Sequence record: PQ464590.1
Direction: 5' to 3' (one strand)
Length of the DNA stretch: 64,000 nucleotides
The translations under genes were made by a program, and so were the position numbers. The notes beneath the pieces are model-generated. The model was not told the origin of the DNA, made no database searches, and saw only the letters and a list, made by a program, of their open reading frames with translations. Numbering within the stretch: the first letter of the stretch is position 1; each line of letters starts with the position of its first letter. Positions 56,401-64,000 of the stretch are shown here, piece by piece.

Positions 56401-56904
56401 TTATTTTTCTGACCCGTTCTCACGGTACATTTTTATTGCGGCATTCACTTCATCAGTGTTGTTGATGTCGATTTTGAAAACACTGCGTTTTTTCGGTGGT
56501 TCTTCAACGTAGTAATCTTCCAGAATACTAAGTGGATCATATGCAGCATCAGTTAGTGATGTAGTACTACCACGATACGTATTAGGTGCTACACCCGTAC
56601 CTTCAGGGGTGTATGTAGCAGTGTATGGACTAGGAGTGCTGGTAGTCCACGGTTGAGTTGGGAATGGTGTAATACTAGGACCAGGCTTAGTCCACCAATC
56701 ATTTTGTACTGGTAGCGTAGTGTGCACTACAGTTTTAGTAGCATCGAACACTTCTACTGTACTTCCATTGATATCTACAAAACCACGCGATACAAAGTTC
56801 GCATTACGTAGTAGTGCTGCTTCTTCATCATCTAGTGCTAGTACTAGTGTGATTTTTCCTTGGGAGGTCATAGCCTCCCCAATGCGTTGATACAAATTGC
56901 TCAT
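56401..56904 (-). CDS. Hypothetical protein with P/T-rich linker
   Basis: 167 aa directly after the polymerase. Confidence 0.6.
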   Translation of the reverse strand: MSNLYQRIGEAMTSQGKITLVLALDDEEAALLRNANFVSRGFVDINGSTVEVFDATKTVVHTTLPVQNDWWTKPGPSITPFPTQPWTTSTPSPYTATYTPEGTGVAPNTYRGSTTSLTDAAYDPLSILEDYYVEEPPKKRSVFKIDINNTDEVNAAIKMYRENGSEK

Positions 56905-56916
56905 CGTTTTTTTCCT

Positions 56917-59900
56917 TTACCAAGAGAAGAACCCGTTATTGAGTTCTAGAGTACTTTTTTCGTTGATTCCGATATCCATGTCCAGAATACCGAAGATATT
57001 ACCTAACTTCTTAGTTAGGATGGATTGTTCCATCTTTTCATCATCGAAAGGTAGATCCATGAACCACTCTGGTAGATACTCTACACAGTCAATTGGATAA
57101 CCCACTTTCAAGATACCAGTTGGATTTGGTTTTAGATCACAGACAATTACTTTCGTTCCGTCTGTCGCTTCTGGTACAGACTTATCTTCATAGATGTCAC
57201 ATAGACGGTTCCATTGGATAGCTGCTAGAACGTGGGAAACACCACATTTACCAGTCAAGTTGTACTCTTCTTCCAGTACTGAATATTTCTTCACAGTACG
57301 TGGTGCACCTTTCTCATGTGCTGGTTTATCTTTGAAGGTACGTTTGAACTCGCGAACACGAGTACGTAATTCTTCTTCAGTTTCACCAATAAGTAGTGCA
57401 ATTAGAGTACTTTGTAGGAAGTCCTGAATGTACTTCGGTGTATCAGAACGTTTGATTTCTAGACCCATTGCTTTGATTTCACCAGGAGAATCACCTTCAT
57501 CCTTACGGAAACCATCTTCCCAGTACTTCAGAATAGCATAACGCTTTTTCTTCAGGAATAGACCACGGGAGCCTACCATTTCTAGATCAGCACCTACTAG
57601 TTTACCGTTCTCTACACCAGTGTTGAAACTCTCATCCATGAATTCATAGAATGTTTCACCCATTTCGTCACCAATCTTCACGTACAGGTCAACAACTTCT
57701 TCGCGAGATAATTCGAATGGAATACCTTGTTCTTTCATGTAGTGAGCTACGCTGAAGTACACGGAGTCAGTGTCTCCATACACCACACAACCACCCTCAT
57801 GAGCGTATGAACCTGTTACAATCTCATTGATACGTGATGCCATGTGCTTAGTCATAGAACGCCCTGTGAGCGTTACAGACTGTCCTAGACGCTTATCAAA
57901 GAAACGAGAACCTTTGTTCAGAAGTGCACCGTACAAAGAGTTCAGTAGAATCTTACGAATCTGCTGGTTCTGTTTCCAGAACGCGGATTGTTTCTTGAAG
58001 TACGCTTTTTCTTCTTTAGTACAGAATAAGCGACCATCTTTTAGTACTAGAGCATTTTCTTGAATGAGTTTACCAACTTCTTCATAGTTAGCGTTGGTTA
58101 GTGCTACACGTAGCTGATACACGGGGTCTTCTTCGTGTAAGTTGGTTCGATACAATTCAAATCCAGCAGTGTGTTTTGTCATTGCTTCCTTGATTGCATC
58201 TAACGCATTCTCTGGTAATTCCCAACCATCGGAATACATGTGTTTGTAATCTAGAACCATTTTCTGCTGGGCTTTACGCTCAGAATACCATTCGGTAAGA
58301 ATTTCTGGAATTACACCGTACTTAGTCTTGTCAAATAGGGTTCCGTTTGCAGAAAGTACAATAGTACTATCCGGTGCAAAGATTAGGTCATGTAATTGTT
58401 CACCAGTTGCTTGGAAAGTACTGCCATCTTCCAAATCAACGTTGATTAGTTCTTGTGATTTCTCACGAACCATAGTGAATTCGATACTTGCAAATAGACC
58501 GTGCCATGCTGCTGTCCAATCTGGTTCGAATGCCTTAGACTTGGATCTAGCACGTTGTTCCGCAACACGTTTGTTCAAGTGTGCTTCTGTATAGTCTTGA
58601 CGTAGCTGACCAAGAATACATTCAGTACTCATACCAAGTGAACGCAGAACTGTTGGATATAGACTATTGAAGTCAGTACATCCCAGGTAATCAACTAATC
58701 CTAGTACTGGGTCTTGTACCCAAGCACCTGCTGCTTTAGCTGCTACTTTCTCTTCGCCTGAATCATCATCGTCACCCATGAAATCGTAACGATCATCCAC
58801 TTCCACTTCATCCTGGTTTTTCTTGTTGAAAACAACTTCACCACGTTTATGTGCTAGGTTGATTATAGCGGTGTCAATTAGTGCTACAGAACCCATTGTA
58901 GTACTGATAAGTACGCATTCTTTGTGTGCTAGACGGTTATGTAGATTGATGAAGTCCATCTTTTCGTCAATTTTCTTCAGTAGGATACTATCCTGCTTAG
59001 AATAACGCAAGAACTGCATATAGTCTTCACGATACAACTTGTCTAGAGAACCTTCATATGATACTTTGTTCTCACCAGTTACTTTCTCAGCGATGTAATC
59101 TAGTTTATATGATTGTTCCACTTGTCCAGCGTGTTTCTTGTACAGTGCTAGATAGTCTAAGTGTACTCGTCCAACTAGGTCATAAGTTACTACAACTTTA
59201 CCGAAGTTATCTGCTTCACGTGCTACAGGTTTTTTGTTCCACAAGCACCAGTGAGCTAGAGTTGCTTCGTTGAAGATTTTCTTAGTTCTGTTCACCATGT
59301 ATGGTATATCATAGAACTCACTGTTCCAACCGGATAACACGTCCGCATCAGCCATTAGTGAGAAGAATTCCATGAACATCTCTTTTTCGTCGGTATAAAG
59401 GATGACAGTACTGGTATCAGTACCTGATTCTTCATTTAGACGGTTCACGATATCTTGTGCTTCAACCAAGTCCATATCTGCTGGTGGCAGAGTTAGTACG
59501 TAGTCACAACCTGTCCAGTTCTGGTACAGAGAAATTGCAGTGACACGGTTGAAAGGATCATGTGTTGGTGCATATCCGAACTTCTGGTGGAAGTCAGTTT
59601 CGATATCGAAGAACATGATATTCAAGTCTGGGGAAGGTTTACCCATGTAGTGCTTTGCAAGAGTTTTGAATGTTACGTTGCAGTCCGCTTCGTAAATTCG
59701 CTGTCCAGCATGTAAATCAAGTGATGCTTTCATTTCACGGTACGAAGAAAATTCAAACTTCTCTGCCATAGTTCCGTGAATAGTTTTTTGAGTGCCGTAT
59801 GGAGATTCCACAAAGTACTCGTAAATAGGATCTAGTTCTTTTAGTACACGTTTACCGTTTACACGCTCTGCTACGTGAAGAACTTCGCTCCCACGTTTAC

Positions 59901-59925
59901 GTTCCATATATCCATCTACGTACAT
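56917..59925 (-). CDS. 43: B-family DNA polymerase (gp43-like)
   Basis: Exo FFDIETD, SGWNSEFYDIPY, YKLDYIA; pol DFNSLYP, KILLNSLYG, YGDTDS, KKRYA. Confidence 0.97.
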   Translation of the reverse strand: MYVDGYMERKRGSEVLHVAERVNGKRVLKELDPIYEYFVESPYGTQKTIHGTMAEKFEFSSYREMKASLDLHAGQRIYEADCNVTFKTLAKHYMGKPSPDLNIMFFDIETDFHQKFGYAPTHDPFNRVTAISLYQNWTGCDYVLTLPPADMDLVEAQDIVNRLNEESGTDTSTVILYTDEKEMFMEFFSLMADADVLSGWNSEFYDIPYMVNRTKKIFNEATLAHWCLWNKKPVAREADNFGKVVVTYDLVGRVHLDYLALYKKHAGQVEQSYKLDYIAEKVTGENKVSYEGSLDKLYREDYMQFLRYSKQDSILLKKIDEKMDFINLHNRLAHKECVLISTTMGSVALIDTAIINLAHKRGEVVFNKKNQDEVEVDDRYDFMGDDDDSGEEKVAAKAAGAWVQDPVLGLVDYLGCTDFNSLYPTVLRSLGMSTECILGQLRQDYTEAHLNKRVAEQRARSKSKAFEPDWTAAWHGLFASIEFTMVREKSQELINVDLEDGSTFQATGEQLHDLIFAPDSTIVLSANGTLFDKTKYGVIPEILTEWYSERKAQQKMVLDYKHMYSDGWELPENALDAIKEAMTKHTAGFELYRTNLHEEDPVYQLRVALTNANYEEVGKLIQENALVLKDGRLFCTKEEKAYFKKQSAFWKQNQQIRKILLNSLYGALLNKGSRFFDKRLGQSVTLTGRSMTKHMASRINEIVTGSYAHEGGCVVYGDTDSVYFSVAHYMKEQGIPFELSREEVVDLYVKIGDEMGETFYEFMDESFNTGVENGKLVGADLEMVGSRGLFLKKKRYAILKYWEDGFRKDEGDSPGEIKAMGLEIKRSDTPKYIQDFLQSTLIALLIGETEEELRTRVREFKRTFKDKPAHEKGAPRTVKKYSVLEEEYNLTGKCGVSHVLAAIQWNRLCDIYEDKSVPEATDGTKVIVCDLKPNPTGILKVGYPIDCVEYLPEWFMDLPFDDEKMEQSILTKKLGNIFGILDMDIGINEKSTLELNNGFFSW

Positions 59926-59964
59926 ATTATCTCCTTATAAAAAAATCGTAAACTTAATGCAAAA

Positions 59965-59991
59965 CAAAAGCCTCCAAACTAGGAGGCTTTT
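59965..59991 (-). terminator. Terminator
   Basis: aaaagcctcc-aaacta-ggaggctttt. Confidence 0.7.
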
Positions 59992-59998
59992 CTCTTAC

Positions 59999-60298
59999 TT
60001 ATTCGTCGTCATCTACTGGTAGATTTCCAGTGATTTGAAGAATTGTTTCGATTTCGTCCTGCTTACGTACTTTATCGAAGAAGTCACCTTTCTTCATACG
60101 AGCAGCAGCTTGTTTGATACTACTTGCATCAATACCAAGCTCATCGGCTAGACCATTGATGAAATCATTGTATGATGCTTTCACGTCCTCAAAGTAAGTT
60201 AGCTGTACTACTGCGTTGGTTAGACCGTCGCCTAGCACTTTACGTTGAGCGTCGTTTAGATCATGAATTTCAACTTTGTTCTGGGTGTTCTTAGCCAT
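59999..60298 (-). CDS. T4 DsbA-like dsDNA-binding protein
   Basis: 99 aa, helical; ADELGIDAS..KQAA and C-terminal EIETI resemble T4 DsbA (KDELGVDG). Confidence 0.55.
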   Translation of the reverse strand: MAKNTQNKVEIHDLNDAQRKVLGDGLTNAVVQLTYFEDVKASYNDFINGLADELGIDASSIKQAAARMKKGDFFDKVRKQDEIETILQITGNLPVDDDE

Positions 60299-60357
60299 TT
60301 GTTTTCTCCATTCCGTTGTTATAAAAAAAGCACCTAACGTCTGTGTTAGATGCTCTT

Positions 60358-60387
60358 ATTATATCGCATAATTTTGCGTTATCCCAT
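60358..60387 (-). promoter_or_regulatory. Phage-class promoter ATGGGA-18-TATAAT
   Basis: attata 60358-60363, tcccat 60382-60387. Confidence 0.7.
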
Positions 60388-60392
60388 TTATT

Positions 60393-62114
60393 TTATAAAA
60401 AACCTATTGCGGTCCAATATGACCCACCTTCACCACCATCAGCTTGTTTTAACACAAAGCCAGTGGAGTTTACTGTATGTACCGCAACAGTTGGTGAGTT
60501 ATTAAGTCCAATTCGTGTACACTGAACGGTGTATACTTGACCAAATGCACGAGGGAACGTTACATTAAATGAACCATTACCGCCAGATGGTTGGATACCC
60601 CATTGCGTCAAAATTCGCGTATTGGAATCATATGACCATCCATTAGTGTCTGCTAAAGCGGTGGTGTTTGATGTTGTGATCGTAACATTTCCTGATGCAT
60701 CGGCATTCGTACCATTTACTGAACGGACAACATTTTTACCTTGTACTACTGCATTACCAGTGACGGTAAGAGTACTGCTAAGTGTTGCAGCACCAGTTAG
60801 TGACAATGTTCCAGGTATAACCATACCACCAGTACTATTAACTTGAACTTCAGAACCACCAGAACTTCTTAAACGTAAAGTATTGTTAGTACTGTTATGT
60901 GTAATTGCGGCTCTTTCACCATTAGAAGAGTTCCTGAAGAATAAAGTTATTCCAGTGTCATTACCTTTAATAGATGCAGATGATGCTATAGTGAGTGAAC
61001 CAGTCATTGTGTCACCAGCTTTCAGTACGTAACGACTGTTAGCTACCGTTTCACTTAATGCTACTGAACTTTCAGCAATGTTATACAACGCAGCAACATT
61101 ATAGTGTGCCACATCTACTGATGTTATTGTGTGAGCGTGACCTTGACCACTACCAATAGTATTTGTAATGCCGCTAAATGTATGAATGTGATTACCATTC
61201 GAGGATGTACCAGCATTGGTAATGTTTCTTTGTGGATTACCTGACCATGCAACACCCCGCATTGATACTGGACCTACTGCACCATCGCTAGCACGTTCTA
61301 CTGGTGCGGTGTGAATATGTTCTCCGGCAGATGAAGTTTGTCCAGAAACTGTAAAGTTGTGTGGTGGTAATTGTGCAATAGATAGTGCTATTGAACTTGT
61401 ATTACCAGAAGCTGCGATTCTAGAATCAGTTTTGGTCAGTCCAGATAGGGACATCGTTTTTAGATAGGCTTCATTGTTCAAGTTTGGAACTTGTTTAGTA
61501 ATTGTTCCATTTTGACCAGCCCAAGTCCACCACATACCATCAGCCAAACACCAACCATCAGATGTTATCCACGGTGATGCTTGTGTTCCTGCTCTTCCGA
61601 TTTGACCATTAGTAACTCCACTCATCTGTTCTCGTATACTAGCAACAGTTTGTCCAGATGTCAAGGCGTAATATTGAATACAGCCAGGTTTTGAGGAAGT
61701 GAACAGCCCAGTTGGGCCTGTACCTGAACCGCCGCCCGTAGGGAACACAATATTCAAATTTGTGCCACTAATTGATGCGTTTGGTACAGCACTAGTACTG
61801 TAAGTTACAGATTCAACCTTTCTGCCTAAACGGTTATAAATGTCAGTTAAAGATACTTCAACTGGAGCCAAAATCTCGTCAGCATCCAATATATCTATCC
61901 ACTTAATACCGTTATGGTACTTCATTGATTTAGAACTAGAGTCAAAAACCATCGCACCAGCTTCACCAGTGGGGAGTGGGCGAACTGGCATAATGACTGA
62001 CGTGGAACTGAATCTTATTGGTAGTGGTGCAGTAGTACTGCCACCTGAAACAACTAAATTCAATGAACCAGTACTAGTTACAATATTTTTAGGGTGATTA
62101 AAACTAATACTCAT
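60393..62114 (-). CDS. Tail fibre / tail-collar domain protein
   Basis: G/T/S-rich; GWCLADG, VPNLN, LSIAQLPPH, H-x-H repeats (EHIH, NHIH, HAHT), C-terminal LTQWG..VTFP.AF; TAAATA at 62146-62151. Confidence 0.75.
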   Translation of the reverse strand: MSISFNHPKNIVTSTGSLNLVVSGGSTTAPLPIRFSSTSVIMPVRPLPTGEAGAMVFDSSSKSMKYHNGIKWIDILDADEILAPVEVSLTDIYNRLGRKVESVTYSTSAVPNASISGTNLNIVFPTGGGSGTGPTGLFTSSKPGCIQYYALTSGQTVASIREQMSGVTNGQIGRAGTQASPWITSDGWCLADGMWWTWAGQNGTITKQVPNLNNEAYLKTMSLSGLTKTDSRIAASGNTSSIALSIAQLPPHNFTVSGQTSSAGEHIHTAPVERASDGAVGPVSMRGVAWSGNPQRNITNAGTSSNGNHIHTFSGITNTIGSGQGHAHTITSVDVAHYNVAALYNIAESSVALSETVANSRYVLKAGDTMTGSLTIASSASIKGNDTGITLFFRNSSNGERAAITHNSTNNTLRLRSSGGSEVQVNSTGGMVIPGTLSLTGAATLSSTLTVTGNAVVQGKNVVRSVNGTNADASGNVTITTSNTTALADTNGWSYDSNTRILTQWGIQPSGGNGSFNVTFPRAFGQVYTVQCTRIGLNNSPTVAVHTVNSTGFVLKQADGGEGGSYWTAIGFL

Positions 62115-62151
62115 TAATTAATCCTTTTTATGTTAACTATAATGATATTTA

Positions 62152-62457
62152 TTAGATAAGTCCGTTATCTAAGTCATCAGCTACTGCGTCAATCATATTA
62201 GCTGCTAATTTCTTACCCATCTTGAACCATTCTGTTCCAGGGCTTCGAGTAGCATTCATTTGTTTTAGACGTTTATGAACTTCCTTTTCGGCTGCTTTAG
62301 CGTCATCAAATTGTACCTCATGATACACTTCATAGTCTCTGAATGGAGATCCTGTTTGATACGTACTAAGGCGAGTTTTCATTTCAGATTTAGACGTGAA
62401 ACCGATCTTAACCCATTCAGGCCAAGCAGCATTTGTGATTACGTAACAGATTTGCAT
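62152..62457 (-). CDS. T5orf172/MUG113 GIY-YIG-like protein
   Basis: CYVI...WVKIGFT...RL..YQTGSP...E...H..L...EWF. Confidence 0.8.
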   Translation of the reverse strand: MQICYVITNAAWPEWVKIGFTSKSEMKTRLSTYQTGSPFRDYEVYHEVQFDDAKAAEKEVHKRLKQMNATRSPGTEWFKMGKKLAANMIDAVADDLDNGLI

Positions 62458-62487
62458 AGTACCTCCATATTATCATGGAAGTATTTA

Positions 62488-62889
62488 TCAGCCAATTTTG
62501 AAGTTGATTCCGAGCTTAGATAGTTTGTCGAAACCGCTAACTGGACGTAGTTCAGGTGGGATTTCTGGACGACCAGTATGTTGAGTAGCATAAACATCAT
62601 TCAGTACTGGTGCGTCAGCATGTTTTGAATTCAAAATATCTTTATATTTTTGGACATATTCTATGTATGTCATTTCAGTACTGTCACAGTTCATGATATC
62701 TTTAATGTAATCGGTTTTCCTGTAACGATATGCCTCTACTGATTGAAATAGAAGTTCCATATCTTCAGAGTACGCGACTAGACTGTAGTCTTCAATTAGT
62801 GTTTCGAAGTTACTGAACGCTGATTGAAGGAATTTATTGAAGTGCGGGAACGTGTATACCGTCACTGTCATACCATTTTTAATTTCCAT
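62488..62889 (-). CDS. Hypothetical protein (late promoter)
   Basis: 133 aa; AGGAG SD; TAAATA at 62907-62912. Confidence 0.65.
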   Translation of the reverse strand: MEIKNGMTVTVYTFPHFNKFLQSAFSNFETLIEDYSLVAYSEDMELLFQSVEAYRYRKTDYIKDIMNCDSTEMTYIEYVQKYKDILNSKHADAPVLNDVYATQHTGRPEIPPELRPVSGFDKLSKLGINFKIG

Positions 62890-62918
62890 ATTTTCTCCTT
62901 GTCCTGTATTTAATTATA

Positions 62919-62950
62919 ACAAAAGAAAAGGGACTCATCAAGAGTCCCTT
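62919..62950 (-). terminator. Terminator after the major capsid gene
   Basis: aaaagaaaagggactc-atcaa-gagtccctt. Confidence 0.75.
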
Positions 62951-62993
62951 AGTGTTTTTAATCAAATTATTAGAATCTAACTTACTTCTTCTA

Positions 62994-64000
62994 TTACATG
63001 AAGGTTACGTTGCGGATAGCAATTTTGCTGTAGTAGTCAGCAGCGTTACCTAGAGAGGAAGTACTGTCGGTCAACTGAACGTAGCCATAACGAGTTAGGA
63101 AGGTAGTTACTAGTTCACCAGTGTTCGGGTCCATTACAGTACCAGATGCCATTAGTGGGATGTACGGGCAGTAGAATACGCCAGCATCAGTTTCAGCATT
63201 ACCTTTGTAACCAATTAGTACGTCAGTACTGTCATCAGCATAGGTGTCAACATATACACGCATGGTGCTGTTTAGTACGCCTACAAACTTAACGTTAGTT
63301 GGTGCTTCGAACACACCTTCAGTGGTACGAGCAAAACTAGAAGTAGTTGCAGATTGTAGAATGGTTAGTGCAGTTGGGGAAACAACAGCCCAGTTAGCAG
63401 CACCACGTTTGGTACGACGAGCAACTTCGTTCGCTTGACGGTTGATTAGGGTTGCTAGAGCAGCGTGCTCATCACCAACGAAGGTTGCAACACCAGTAAC
63501 TTTAGCTTGGTCATAAGTAACCGCAGCAGCACCAGGTAGAGCACGTAGTTTGTGTAGTAGCTCTTGGTCGATTTCAGTAGTGATTTCTTGTGCGATTGCA
63601 GCCATTAGTTCTGCTTCAACGTCAATACCGTGTTGGGATTGTGCATCTTGTGCAGATTCAACAGTCCAACGAGCAGATAGACGACGGGATTTCGCTTCAA
63701 CCGTTTCACGTAGAATACGGATGTTTACGCGACGACCCATAGTACCTTCGAGTTGGGAAGTAGGTGCAGCACGTGGATTATCATTATCACCGTTAACATC
63801 ACCAGTATAAGACTTAGCGATTTTGTACGGGGATAGCATTTCTTCACCAGCTACAACGCCTGGTGCGTTATCAGCATATTGAACACGTAGAGTGTGGATT
63901 TGACCAACTGGGCCAGTCATAGGCTGAACACCAATGATTTCGTTAGCAATAACGGTTGGCATTACACGACGCATGATAGGTAGGATAACCTTGTTTAGAG
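62994..64000 (-). CDS. 23: Major capsid protein (gp23-like), 5' part outside the window
   Basis: GVQPMTGP.GQI..LR, ESAQD..SQHGID.E.EL, EITTEID, ANEVARRTKRG.AN, FYCPYIPL, TRYG; the frame stays open to the window end (LNKVILPIMRRV). Confidence 0.95.
   Translation of the reverse strand, partial: LNKVILPIMRRVMPTVIANEIIGVQPMTGPVGQIHTLRVQYADNAPGVVAGEEMLSPYKIAKSYTGDVNGDNDNPRAAPTSQLEGTMGRRVNIRILRETVEAKSRRLSARWTVESAQDAQSQHGIDVEAELMAAIAQEITTEIDQELLHKLRALPGAAAVTYDQAKVTGVATFVGDEHAALATLINRQANEVARRTKRGAANWAVVSPTALTILQSATTSSFARTTEGVFEAPTNVKFVGVLNSTMRVYVDTYADDSTDVLIGYKGNAETDAGVFYCPYIPLMASGTVMDPNTGELVTTFLTRYGYVQLTDSTSSLGNAADYYSKIAIRNVTFM

Noticed and set aside
62152-62457. Mobile homing endonuclease
   Set aside because: At 101 aa it has only the catalytic-type domain and no DNA-binding extension or intron context.

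Overview
This 64 kb window comes from a large, AT-rich, T4-related jumbo myophage. Its gene content and order resemble the enterobacterial 'Rak2-like' jumbo phages; that family call is from recall and was not checked by search. Almost all genes are on the minus strand. The window holds the replication, recombination and nucleotide-metabolism core: B-family DNA polymerase, probable sliding clamp, clamp loader, gp41 helicase, primase, SSB, UvsX/Y/W, Dda, type II topoisomerase, NrdAB, DHFR, two RNase H types and several nucleases. It also holds the large terminase, part of the major capsid gene, tail/baseplate and probable internal-head genes, host-like genes (IF3, ClpS, two GroES) and the edge of a TelA cluster. 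Three promoter classes can be read from the DNA: canonical TTGACA-16/17-TATAAT-like sites, a fixed-spacing TGRGA-N18-TATAAT class in front of replication genes, and T4-like late TAAATA sites. The most notable observations are: (1) a miniature C-family (DnaE) polymerase split into two genes 28 kb apart, whose ends join at the catalytic palm with no intein; (2) a roughly 10-fold excess of the palindrome AGTACT in two hand-counted stretches; (3) a terminase-ATPase paralogue with degenerate Walker motifs, coupled to terL; (4) repeated hairpins that enclose late promoters and hide ribosome-binding sites; (5) a tandem pair of T4-T-like holin candidates. All homology calls are by-eye motif recognition; no searches were run.
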